Assembly (NCBI GenBank): GCA_007121385.1
Contig: SKLV01000081.1
Location: 11,539 to 75,538 of the forward strand
Source: Bdellovibrionales bacterium
GTDB lineage: Bacteria; Bdellovibrionota; Bdellovibrionia; Bdellovibrionales; UBA1609
Length of the DNA: 64,000 bases
Reading direction: 5' to 3'
The position numbers and the translations under genes are program-made. Shown piece after piece: positions 1-9,581 of this stretch; the stretch's first letter is position 1, and each line of letters begins with the position of its first letter. The notes beneath the pieces are model-generated. The model saw only the letters and a list, made by a program, of their open reading frames with translations, searched no databases and was not told the origin of the DNA.

Positions 1-200
1 TCAGCAGTCAGCGCTTTCGCTCCCAGCAGCGCAATGTGCAGGACTGCCTGGCCAAGTTAGAGCAGATGCTCACAGAGGCTCTGACTCCGCCGCGGCCGCG
101 TAAAGCCACTCGGCCCAAGAGATCAGCGGTGGAAAAGCGCTTGACGGAGAAGCGGCGACAGAGCGAGCGTAAGCAGAGCCGACAAAAGGGCTTTGAGTAG
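1..200 (+). CDS. 3' end of an unidentified gene (partial, very basic tail ...RRQSERKQSRQKGFE)
   Basis: Frame 3 is open from the window edge to TAG at 198-200. It is absent from the ORF track because no start lies in the window. No diagnostic motif seen. Confidence 0.3.
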   Translation, partial: SSQRFRSQQRNVQDCLAKLEQMLTEALTPPRPRKATRPKRSAVEKRLTEKRRQSERKQSRQKGFE

Positions 201-209
201 GGTTTAAAC

Positions 210-1235
210 ATGAAAAAGGGTAAAAGGCAGATGTATCTTTGGTCCTGGGCTGGAAAGAAGTTACTGGCGCTGGTTTTTTTAACTGGCACCGCCACCCCTT
301 TGGGCGCTTGGGGATCAGCTTCTCAGAATCAGTCTAATTTTTTTTCCAGAGCTTTTTCACTGGAGCTGCCTCGCGAGCCAGAGCGCCCGAGAAATTACAT
401 TATTCCCCCCATCATGTCGGCGATTTTTCCCGGCTTTGATCAGTGGTTTGAAGGACAGTGGGAGGGAGCTAGCCTCTACAGTGGAGTGGCCCTGGGGGGC
501 TTGGTGTTGCAGAGCTCGGCCCGAAGGGTCATGTGGGAAGACTTGAGTCAGTCCCACTGGGAGGATGATATTTTTAGTCGCAACTCCCATGTGCGTCAGT
601 TTCTCTTGGGAAGCCAAATTTATATGGCGGCGGGGAGTTTTAGTGCCTATCACAGCTTTCGCTCGGCCGTGCGCAGCCGCCAAGCGCAAGGGCAGTTTGC
701 CTTTTTGGCTGAAGAGGAGACAGTGGATGAGCTCTTGCTGGCTCCCTTTCGCTTTGGCTATTTGCGCCGATCCACCACTTGGATTCCCCTTGTGGTGGCT
801 GGGGGGCTGGTGGCATTGAATTTTTCTGATTATCCACAGCTTTTTTCTGGCAATGGCTTTGGGCCGAGCGATGTCTTTTATGGGGGCGCTTACTCCTACT
901 TGGCGGGAACTCATGAGGAAGCCCTGTTTCGCGGCTGGATGATGCCGGTGCTCATGCAGTCGTGGAACAGTCCCTTTTGGTCTAATACAGTCACCTCGGC
1001 CGCCTTTGCCTTAGCCCATTTGGGTTCAGTGGGTCTGGATGTGCCTTGGCCTCAGTTTATCGCCGGCTGGTATTTGGGCTATTTGACCCAGAAAAATAAC
1101 TGGACTTTGGGTGAGAGTGTTTTTGTCCACACTTGGTGGGATGTGATTGTTATCACCGCTGCTTTTGCCATTGAGGCCCGAGACAAAAGTCGAGAGGTGA
1201 AGGTGAACCTGCCCCTGTTGAATTTCAGCTACTGA
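210..1235 (+). CDS. CPBP-family intramembrane metalloprotease (CAAX protease / Abi domain)
   Basis: 341-aa multi-TM ORF. EEALFRGW, FALAHL and HTWWD match the CPBP EExxxR / FxxxH / HxxxD signature. Confidence 0.8.
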   Translation: MKKGKRQMYLWSWAGKKLLALVFLTGTATPLGAWGSASQNQSNFFSRAFSLELPREPERPRNYIIPPIMSAIFPGFDQWFEGQWEGASLYSGVALGGLVLQSSARRVMWEDLSQSHWEDDIFSRNSHVRQFLLGSQIYMAAGSFSAYHSFRSAVRSRQAQGQFAFLAEEETVDELLLAPFRFGYLRRSTTWIPLVVAGGLVALNFSDYPQLFSGNGFGPSDVFYGGAYSYLAGTHEEALFRGWMMPVLMQSWNSPFWSNTVTSAAFALAHLGSVGLDVPWPQFIAGWYLGYLTQKNNWTLGESVFVHTWWDVIVITAAFAIEARDKSREVKVNLPLLNFSY

Positions 1236-1278
1236 AACTGGACTTCAGGCTTTTCCCAGAAGGGTCGATTCACATAAT

Positions 1279-2295
1279 ATGAGTGATGACGCCAAAACTG
1301 AGACCAGTGAAGAGGTTTCAGAACAGCAGAAAATGGTCCCCATTGCCATTGCCGAGTTCTTGAACGGCATGGTCTCTCCGGCCGATCTCTACATTCGTCT
1401 GGGCAGCGCTAAGGACATTTTGGTTTTTAAGTCTGGAGCCAAATTTGAGCAGGAGCGTTTAAACAAGTTTTTAGATAAGAATATCACTCATCTTTTTGTA
1501 TCTTACGAGGACTTAAAGAAAATCTGTGACTCGGCCGTCAGTTTTGCCGAGGCTGGTATTTCCCAGCGCTTTTTGGATATGACCAAAAAGGCTTTTTTGC
1601 TACAGAACGCCACATCTTCTGTCTATCGAAGCTTTGAAAACTTAGGTATTGAGTTGGAGACCTTTGGTGCGGCGACCAAGACGGCCGATGCGGTGTTGGA
1701 GATGGTCAACTCGGATTACGATATTCTGTCCATGTTTGAAATTCTTCACTCGGCGGACCACCACTTGGCTGGCCATGCGGTGGCGGCCTCTATTCTGGCC
1801 CCAGTGATTGGCTATGAGATGGGCTTTCAGCGCCCGGCCACCATGAAGCTTCTGGCTTTGGGTGGCTTTATGCATGATATTGGCAAGTCGCAGGTTCCTC
1901 CGGAGATTTTGGACAAACCTCTGGCGCGCATGAACTCGGCTGAACTCAAGGAGTACCAGCAGCACTGCCTACGTGGGGCCGAAATGCTCAAAAGCCTAAA
2001 GCTAAAATCAGATGACCTTATGGCCATTGTCTTTCAACACCACGAGCGCAATGATGGCAGTGGCTATCCTCAGCGCCTAAGGGGACAAAAAATTCATCCC
2101 CTGGCTAAAATCGTGGGCTTGGCCTCAGAATTTCTCAATATGGTCATGCCCAACCCCCGCTTTAACAAAAAGCCCTACAGTCATGATGAGGCCCTGAGCA
2201 TGATTAGCCATGGTTTTGGTCAGCCCTTTGAAAAAGACGTTTATGAGGCTCTTTGCCGGGTGGTCGGCAAAAAAGAAAATAAAAAAGCCAGTTAG
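1279..2295 (+). CDS. HD-GYP domain protein (probable cyclic-di-GMP phosphodiesterase)
   Basis: HDIGK followed by HHERNDGSGYP, the hallmark HD...HHE..DGSGYP arrangement. Confidence 0.8.
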   Translation: MSDDAKTETSEEVSEQQKMVPIAIAEFLNGMVSPADLYIRLGSAKDILVFKSGAKFEQERLNKFLDKNITHLFVSYEDLKKICDSAVSFAEAGISQRFLDMTKKAFLLQNATSSVYRSFENLGIELETFGAATKTADAVLEMVNSDYDILSMFEILHSADHHLAGHAVAASILAPVIGYEMGFQRPATMKLLALGGFMHDIGKSQVPPEILDKPLARMNSAELKEYQQHCLRGAEMLKSLKLKSDDLMAIVFQHHERNDGSGYPQRLRGQKIHPLAKIVGLASEFLNMVMPNPRFNKKPYSHDEALSMISHGFGQPFEKDVYEALCRVVGKKENKKAS

Positions 2296-2325
2296 TTGTG
2301 GACCCAATTGGTGATGGCCTGCCCA

Positions 2326-3095
<770 letters not shown>

Positions 3096-3096
<1 letters not shown>

Positions 3097-3938
3097 CACT
3101 CCACCTCCTTGACCGCCGCAAGGGGAAGCCTGCGCGCCCTGGCCCACTGCTCCCACTCCCGGGCTGTTTGACCTGCAAACACATTTTTTAAACTCTCATA
3201 GCTCCAATCCTCAACCGCCAGCTCTTTTTGTATAGACTCCTTAAAGTGGCCTTCCAGTGCGGCCACCGCCAACCAACCTTGACGAGTGGGATAGAGGTTG
3301 TACTCTGGCAAGGCTCCGCCCAAAACACCGCCCATTCGGGTCAACCCGGCCCGCCAGGGCCCGGCAAAGAGATCGAGGGCCCGGGACAGGGCGACCTCAG
3401 AGTACTGCCCTTGCCCCGACTTCTCACGGCCATAAAGAGTCGCCAGGGCAGCGCGAACGGCCTGCTCGGCTCCGATCAAATCAGCCCAACAGGTGGGTGG
3501 AAGTTTTTGGGTGTCGAGCAGCAAGCCGGACTCCGCCTGGTAAGTGAGGTCATGGCCCGGCTGCTCATCCTCCGGTGAGGGATGGCCGACAATAGCCACC
3601 CAACAGAGCCTCGGGTGGGCGGCCTGCAAAGACGACCACTCCACACCCAGTTTGGCCAGAGAGTGAAGGCGGGAAGAGGTTAAAAGAAGGTCGGTATTTT
3701 TTAAAAGGTCAGCCCAGTCCCTCTGCCCCTGGCTGCTCTTGAGATCAAGAGTCATCACGGCCTGACCGGCTACCAATTGACCATAGTAGTTCGCAGCCGC
3801 AGCTGCCAAGGGATCTCCCGATGGGGGCTCCACTTTGACCACCTCTGCCCCCAACTGGTGGAGTTGGTGGGCCGCCACCGGTCCTGGTAGATTGATGGCC
3901 GTTGAAACAATGCGAACACCCTTTAACACCGCGCTCAC
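3096..3938 (-). CDS. Family III CoA-transferase (CaiB/BaiF-like), short form
   Basis: N-terminus [38 protein letters not shown] is typical of family III CoA-transferases. At 280 aa it is shorter than I expect for the family. Confidence 0.65.
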
Positions 3939-5074
3939 TCCCTACTCAGCTCCCGCGCCATAATCAGGCGCTGAATCTCATTGGTGCCCTCATAAATCTG
4001 TAAGACCTTGGCATCCCTGTACAACTTCTCCACGGGGTACTCCACACTGTAACCCATCCCGCCAAAAATTTGCACCGCCTCACTGGAGGCCCAGGCCGCT
4101 GTATCGCTGGCAAAGGTTTTGGCATAGGCTGCTTGGAGAGTGTTGCGTTCACCCCTATCCAACAGGTCGGCGGATTGGTGGGTGAGCAGACGAGCGGCCT
4201 CTGTGCGCATTCCCATCTCTGCAATCTTGCTCCCCACCATTTGATGCTGAACAATGGGCTTGCCCATACTTGTGCGCAGCTTGGCGTAAGCAAGACTCTC
4301 ATCTAGACACCGCTGGGACAGGCCAACACCAAGGGCTGCGACCATGGGGCGGGAGCGATCAAATACCTTCATGGCAATGGAAAAACCATCCCCCTCGGCA
4401 CCCATCCTCTGCTCACTGCTAACCACCATCTCTTCAAAAAAGAGCTCGGCGGCAGGAAAGGCCTTTTGTCCGAGCTTTTCCAAGTTGTTGCCCAAGCGCA
4501 AGCCAGGAGTGTCCTTCTCAACCAAAAAAGCACTGAGACCGCTGTGACCGGAGTCAGGATCCGTTTTGGCAAAAACAATAAAAAATGAGGCCACAGGCGC
4601 ATTGGAGATCCAGGTCTTGCTGCCATTGATCAAGTAGTTATTGCCTTTTTTTACCGCGAGGGTCTCTATGCCCACCACATTGGAGCCAGCTGCCGGCTCG
4701 GTCATGGCATAGCCACCCACCTCACCCGCCAGCATACGCCCCAAATATTTGGTCTTCTGCTCCTCACTGCCACCGACCAACAAGGCATCGGCAATCATAT
4801 TGTTTAGGCTGAGAGCACCGGCCAGACCCACGCAGGCGTGAGCCAATCTTTCGGTGACCATTATAAAATCCAAGTAACTTAAGCCCGGTCCACCATAGGC
4901 CTCGGGCACCACCACATTGAGCAGGCCAGCGACCATGGCCTTCTTGTGGACCTCATGGGGAAAGGTCGCGCGCTTCTCCCACTGTGCGGCCACGGGCCTC
5001 ATCTCTTTGGTGGCAAAGCTCTCGGCCAAATCCAAAATCATCCGCTGATCTTCAGTGAGAGAATAAGTGGGCAT
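3935..5074 (-). CDS. Acyl-CoA dehydrogenase
   Basis: C-terminal QIYEGTNEIQRLIMAR and overall ACAD-like sequence. Start set at MPTYSL (ATG 5074) because the longer ORF (to 5134) runs into the tRNA at 5093-5177. Confidence 0.85.
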   Translation of the reverse strand: MPTYSLTEDQRMILDLAESFATKEMRPVAAQWEKRATFPHEVHKKAMVAGLLNVVVPEAYGGPGLSYLDFIMVTERLAHACVGLAGALSLNNMIADALLVGGSEEQKTKYLGRMLAGEVGGYAMTEPAAGSNVVGIETLAVKKGNNYLINGSKTWISNAPVASFFIVFAKTDPDSGHSGLSAFLVEKDTPGLRLGNNLEKLGQKAFPAAELFFEEMVVSSEQRMGAEGDGFSIAMKVFDRSRPMVAALGVGLSQRCLDESLAYAKLRTSMGKPIVQHQMVGSKIAEMGMRTEAARLLTHQSADLLDRGERNTLQAAYAKTFASDTAAWASSEAVQIFGGMGYSVEYPVEKLYRDAKVLQIYEGTNEIQRLIMARELSRE

Positions 5075-5092
5075 CCTGCTCCCGCAGAAACA

Positions 5093-5177
5093 TGGTACCC
5101 GGGACAGGACTTGAACCTGCACACCTTTCGGCACTAGATCCTAAGTCTAGCGTGTCTGCCAATTCCACCACCCGGGC
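5093..5177 (-). tRNA. tRNA-Leu, anticodon UAG, with encoded CCA
   Basis: Reverse complement reads GCCCGGGTGGTGGAATTGGCAGACACGCTAGACTTAGGATCTAGTGCCGAAAGGTGTGCAGGTTCAAGTCCTGTCCCGGGTACCA. It has a 7-bp acceptor stem, anticodon stem CTAGA/TCTAG with loop CTTAGGA, a long variable arm and a GGTTCAAGTCC T-loop. Confidence 0.9.
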
Positions 5178-5221
5178 ACAAAGAAAACTTCTATTTCACT
5201 TCACACAATAGCCGACTCAGC

Positions 5222-5608
5222 TTATTTAATCAGCTTTTTATATTCGGGAGCTCGCATTAAATTGGCCAGCTCTTTTTCTGAGTCCATTTCAATGCGCAGT
5301 AACCAACCTTCATTCATGGGGTCATCATTGAGCAGCCCAGGGTTTTCATTGAGGGCGGCATTGACCTCGATCACTGTACCCGACACCGGAGCATAGAGAT
5401 CTGAGGCTGTTTTAACGCTCTCGATGGCCCCAAAGGTTTCGCCCTGGGTGACCTTGTGACCTTCCTCAGGCAAATCCACATAGACGACTTCGCCCATGGC
5501 GTCCTGGGCGTACTCAGTGATGCCCACAGTGACCACATTTTCATCCACCTGAGCCCACTCGTGATCTTTGGTGTAATAGAACTCTTCGGGAATATGGAAG
5601 TTAGACAT
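5222..5608 (-). CDS. gcvH: Glycine cleavage system protein H
   Basis: 128 aa with lipoyl-lysine motif ESVKTASDLYAPVSG, immediately downstream of gcvT. Confidence 0.92.
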   Translation of the reverse strand: MSNFHIPEEFYYTKDHEWAQVDENVVTVGITEYAQDAMGEVVYVDLPEEGHKVTQGETFGAIESVKTASDLYAPVSGTVIEVNAALNENPGLLNDDPMNEGWLLRIEMDSEKELANLMRAPEYKKLIK

Positions 5609-5640
5609 AGCCCTTTTGCTCCTTCATTCTGAAATCCATT

Positions 5641-6756
5641 TTATGAGCCTTTGGGGCTCACAAAAGGGGTTTTTGCCACTTGCGCGCGGATGCGGCGGCC
5701 GCGAATGTCCACACAAAACTCGCTTCCCACTTCACTATAGGCCTTATCCACATAGGCAATGCCGATACCTTCGTTGAGAGAGGGAGACATGGTGCCACTT
5801 GTTACCCTGCCGATTTCCTTATTGTCAAAAGAAAACAAGGGGTAAGAGTGGCGAGGAATGCCTTTGTCCAGCATTTTAAAGCCCACGAGTTTTTGGGGTA
5901 GACCAGCCTCTTTGGCGGCCAGCATTTGCTCACGCCCCATAAAATCTTTTTTATCGGGTTTCACCACCCAGCCCAAACCAGCACTGTAGGGGTTGGTCAG
6001 GTCAGTGAGTTCATTGCCATAGAGAGGGTACTTCATTTCCGTACGCAGAGTGTCTCGGGCCCCAAGACCAATGGGCTTGGCGGGAAAGTCCTCACCTTTC
6101 AACAGCAGTTCCCGCCACAGGGCCACAGCTTTACTTGTGGGCACAAAGATCTCCGCTCCGTCCTCTCCGGTGTAGCCCGTGCGAGCCACCAGCACCTCCT
6201 GGCCCTGGAAGAGAAAAGGGGCAAAGTGAAAGCTGGGGATATCCTGAATGGCAGGAGATAGAACTCGGGTTAAAAGATTTAAAGCCTGAGGTCCCTGAAC
6301 GGCAATTTGCCCCCAGTCTTCACTTTCATCCACCACTTCGCAGCCCAAGTGATGGTCCATGATCCACAAAAGATCTTTATCCTTGTTGGCCGCATTCACG
6401 CACAAAAGGTAGTCACTGCCTTTCTCCATGCAGTAGACAATCAAATCGTCCACCACGCCTCCGGCGGCATTGGTCAGAAGTGTGTACTGAGCTTGGCCAG
6501 GTTCTAGGCGGCTTGCCCAATTGGAAGTGAGCCACTCCAGGCTATCCAGAGCCTTTGGCCCCTTGAGGCGGATTTCTCCCATATGGGACACATCAAAGAG
6601 TCCCACTTTTTTCCGGACATGGAGGTGCTCGGCTCTGAGGCCCTCGTACTCCACAGGCATTTTCCAGCCGGCAAAATCAACCATTTTGCCGCCCATATTG
6701 AGGTGTTCGGGGCCGAGAATAGTGGGGGGATTGGGGCTGGTATTATTGTCGCTCAT
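5641..6756 (-). CDS. gcvT: Glycine cleavage system aminomethyltransferase T
   Basis: 371 aa. FDVSHMGEI, TGYTGEDGAEIF and a C-terminal barrel region are typical of GcvT. Confidence 0.92.
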   Translation of the reverse strand: MSDNNTSPNPPTILGPEHLNMGGKMVDFAGWKMPVEYEGLRAEHLHVRKKVGLFDVSHMGEIRLKGPKALDSLEWLTSNWASRLEPGQAQYTLLTNAAGGVVDDLIVYCMEKGSDYLLCVNAANKDKDLLWIMDHHLGCEVVDESEDWGQIAVQGPQALNLLTRVLSPAIQDIPSFHFAPFLFQGQEVLVARTGYTGEDGAEIFVPTSKAVALWRELLLKGEDFPAKPIGLGARDTLRTEMKYPLYGNELTDLTNPYSAGLGWVVKPDKKDFMGREQMLAAKEAGLPQKLVGFKMLDKGIPRHSYPLFSFDNKEIGRVTSGTMSPSLNEGIGIAYVDKAYSEVGSEFCVDIRGRRIRAQVAKTPFVSPKGS

Positions 6757-6870
6757 AGGCCCCTTTGTCCCCTTAAAGGCCCTGGAGAGTCAAGGGGCCA
6801 AAAATTGCCCCTCAGCGACCTTTAGGGGCCGCAAAGGGGCTTTAGGACTCGGGCCCTGAGGCCCTGACTA
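6757..6870 (-). promoter_or_regulatory. Structured gcvT 5' leader, candidate glycine-responsive element (not cleanly a canonical glycine riboswitch)
   Basis: The minus-strand RNA has blocks CGCUGAGGGGCAA and ACUCUCCAGG..AAGGGGAC, which resemble conserved glycine-aptamer blocks. It also has six GCCCCU/AGGGGC hexamers that can form alternative hairpins, the last next to the AUG. Confidence 0.35.
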
Positions 6871-6996
6871 TTTTTCAAAAAACCTAATTAGATCATTTGC
6901 TTAAGGTCATAGGGCGGCGTCTATCAGGCGCGAAAAGAGAGCTGGCCTAGGCCTTGCTCTTAAGAGGGGAGGCTATAAAGCCTCAAGGAGTGCCTT

Positions 6997-9129
6997 TTGA
7001 TGGAGTGGATAAAAGAAAACAAGTGGACTGTAAGAGTTTTCACTCTGGTCATGGCCCCAGTCATGGCCCTGTCGCTATTTTCAGGCTGTGGAATGGGAGC
7101 TATAGACACGGACAGCCCTCTTCATAACCCTCTCTTTACAGGGGGCTTTGACCCCATGGGTCGTCCTTTTGTAGCCGGTCCCATGGACTGCTTGGGTGAA
7201 CGCTGCTTTCAGGACGACAAAAATCAAATGATACCCCAGGAGGGGGAGAGCTTGACGGCGGCCGAGCTGAGGAATCAGGAGTTGGCCAATTCTGTCCTGA
7301 GTGCTCAGTTGGAGCGCTTTGATGCCCAAACCGCTCAAGGAGGGGCCGACTCTGCTGAGGCCCTCTCGCGTCGAGCCTTTCGCGGCCAGCAGAGCTATCG
7401 TCTTCAGGTCCAGATTTTGGAAGGGGGTCAGTTGGAGCCCTCTATTCTCTATTTTGTAGGTCACCTTCAGTCCCTTCCCGAGTCTTCGGTTTTTGAACTC
7501 TCCCCGGCTTCAGTGGCCTCTCCCCAGGGGGTAGTCTACCAAATCAGTGGTCAGATAGTGGACACTCGAGACCACAGCAGCAGTGAAGCCAAAGATATTA
7601 CCCTAGGGCAGATTCAACTTAAGCAGATCTCTGGGGTTCAAGATACCTCTGGAGTTTTGGCGGAGACCACTTTGTACTATCGAAGCTACCCCGCCCGAGT
7701 GCGACTGCGAGAAAAGGTGACTCAAAGCCCCACCTCAGAGGGGGGGCGCCCATCCTCTGGTTCCTCTGAGTTGGATGGCCAGCTGCAAAAGTTAAGACAA
7801 ACCGAGAGAGCTCAGTTTCACCAGTGGGCCATTCCCATGGGGCCGGCCTATTACTCTGTGGACATTCTGGACAGTGAGGAAAGCAAGGAGACCTCCCCCC
7901 AGTCCGAGGAGAAGGTGCTGTTCACCATCCTCGGCCCCTCTCTGGCTTCAGGCATTCCCACCCCGGTTCAGGCTTCTGGACTGTCCGCCTCTCAGTTGCA
8001 GGTGGGAGAAGTCACTCTTTTTGGTAATCCCGAGGACAAGGACATAACGACATTTCAGGTGGAGTTGATGACATCTCAACCTCAGGTCACAGCGCCCACG
8101 GCCAGTGTCCAAGTTATTTTGGAGATTGATGGAGACCATGAGCTGGAGCCCTCCGTTGAATTCATTCGGGAAGAGGAGAAAGGAGCCTCTCTTCAAGGCA
8201 GCACTTTTCGTGGGGCCAAGGCTCAGTCTTTTTTACGCTCCAACTTGTCAGACTCAAATATTCGTCGAGCTGTGGAACAGTTAGAGGCCAATTACTCTTT
8301 GTCTGGCGTGCAAAGAGCTATTGCTCAGTTGTCAAAAAGAGGAAGTGGATCGAGAGCGGGTCAGTTGGAGAGGTTTATGAGGTTTTCGGCTCCCTTTCGT
8401 CCTTTACTGGAGGACACGTTCAATCACTATCAAGTGCCTCCCCCTATGGCCTATATCACCGTTGTGGAGTCGAGTTTTTTTACTTCTGGTCACTACGACA
8501 TTCAGGTGGCCGCCAATGAGGAAGAGTCGGCCACGGGCCCTTTTCAGTTTCAGCATGGAACGGCTCGCGATCGAGGGCTGCATGTGGACAGAGAGCGCAA
8601 TCCGGGAGGTCAACTGCCCTCTGTGCAAGATGGCCGTCGCTATCTGATCCCCTCCACCTGTGGGGCAGCCAGCTATCTTCAGGAGCATATGCGGGCTTTC
8701 CCTAAAGACGCCACTTTGGCCATTTTGGCTTACAATTTGGGACGAGGAGGAACCAATCAGGTGATCCGGCCCATCCGCGACTACGACTACAGCTTTAGAG
8801 AAGTGGTTCGACGCCGACTGCTCCCCGATACTTCTAAACTAGATTATGTTTATCGAGTTCTCGCTCTCTATTTTGTGGCTGGGGATCCGGAAAAATATGG
8901 CTTTGACAGGGCCTTAGTGGCCGGTCAGGGCTCGGGTTCCCCTTCCTTGCGGGAGTTGACCTCTCGTACTCCCAGAGTCGTGGCCAAAGGGTCGTCCCAA
9001 CAGGTCAGCATGTTTTTACCCCCGGCCGGAACCTCTTTGGGCCCCATATGGAGTCAGTGCGGCCCCGCCACTCAAGCTTTTCGCCAGACTTTAATCAATT
9101 TTGGCGCCACCCAGCTGGCCCACCGCTAG
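6997..9129 (+). CDS. Lipoprotein with C-terminal SLT-type lytic transglycosylase domain
   Basis: Signal peptide with lipobox LFSGC. The C-terminal VESSFF...ATGPFQFQHGTARDRGL...AILAYNLGRGG resembles the SLT ES...GLMQ...AYNxG pattern. The N-terminal ~480 aa are unrecognised. Confidence 0.6.
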   Translation: MMEWIKENKWTVRVFTLVMAPVMALSLFSGCGMGAIDTDSPLHNPLFTGGFDPMGRPFVAGPMDCLGERCFQDDKNQMIPQEGESLTAAELRNQELANSVLSAQLERFDAQTAQGGADSAEALSRRAFRGQQSYRLQVQILEGGQLEPSILYFVGHLQSLPESSVFELSPASVASPQGVVYQISGQIVDTRDHSSSEAKDITLGQIQLKQISGVQDTSGVLAETTLYYRSYPARVRLREKVTQSPTSEGGRPSSGSSELDGQLQKLRQTERAQFHQWAIPMGPAYYSVDILDSEESKETSPQSEEKVLFTILGPSLASGIPTPVQASGLSASQLQVGEVTLFGNPEDKDITTFQVELMTSQPQVTAPTASVQVILEIDGDHELEPSVEFIREEEKGASLQGSTFRGAKAQSFLRSNLSDSNIRRAVEQLEANYSLSGVQRAIAQLSKRGSGSRAGQLERFMRFSAPFRPLLEDTFNHYQVPPPMAYITVVESSFFTSGHYDIQVAANEEESATGPFQFQHGTARDRGLHVDRERNPGGQLPSVQDGRRYLIPSTCGAASYLQEHMRAFPKDATLAILAYNLGRGGTNQVIRPIRDYDYSFREVVRRRLLPDTSKLDYVYRVLALYFVAGDPEKYGFDRALVAGQGSGSPSLRELTSRTPRVVAKGSSQQVSMFLPPAGTSLGPIWSQCGPATQAFRQTLINFGATQLAHR

Positions 9130-9581
9130 AACAGCAGGTCTCTAATAAGGGCTTCCTCGTAGCCGCGCCTCTGCAAGTAGTGAAAGGCCCTTTGCTTTTC
9201 ACTGAGTGGAAGGCTCTGAGTTGAGTCAGAGAGATCCCACTGAAAGTGTCTGGCCAGCAGCTCTTGGGCTTTTTCCTGTTCCCGCTCAGGGCATAGGGCG
9301 GGTAAGGGAAGTCCTTTCTTTTTGAGGTATTGAGTAATGTAGCGGCGCCCTTTGAGTTTACGATGCAGTTGCTCGGAGACTCTTTCGGCCAGTTCCTCGG
9401 GAGAGGAGAGCCATTTTTTTTCTTTTGCTTCTGTTAAAACTGTTTCAACAATTTCCTGCGAGTAGCGTAAACTTAACTTCTGCTGCAACTCCAATTCGGA
9501 ATGGTCCCGGCGTGCCAACATATTGGCTAGGGAATGCCGAGCTTGACGAAGTTCATGCTCTTTCTCTTCCATGTAGGTCAC
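9126..9581 (-). CDS. recX: RecA regulator RecX
   Basis: 151 aa of helical repeats. ARRDHSELELQQKL...IVETVLTEAKEKKWLS is typical of RecX. The GTG start overlaps the pilT stop (GTGA). Confidence 0.75.
   Translation of the reverse strand: MTYMEEKEHELRQARHSLANMLARRDHSELELQQKLSLRYSQEIVETVLTEAKEKKWLSSPEELAERVSEQLHRKLKGRRYITQYLKKKGLPLPALCPEREQEKAQELLARHFQWDLSDSTQSLPLSEKQRAFHYLQRRGYEEALIRDLLF

Noticed and set aside
5075-5134. N-terminal 20-codon extension of the acyl-CoA dehydrogenase ORF (ORF track 3935..5134)
   Set aside because: It overlaps the tRNA-Leu gene at 5093-5177 on the same strand. The internal ATG at 5074 (MPTYSL...) gives a normal ACAD N-terminus.
5093-5177. tRNA-Leu as an integration site for a genomic island
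   Set aside because: There is no integrase, no phage or transposon genes, and no direct repeat of the tRNA 3' end that I could spot. The flanking genes are ordinary metabolism.
6782-6860. Plus-strand reading of the gcvT-leader region as a glycine riboswitch (CTGGAGAG at 6782-6789 matches the aptamer 5' block)
   Set aside because: On the plus strand the downstream gene is an SLT lipoprotein, and the 3' CUCUCAGG block is absent. The quasi-palindromic hexamers create the look-alike. The minus strand (gcvT) is the biologically sensible orientation, and even there the match is partial.
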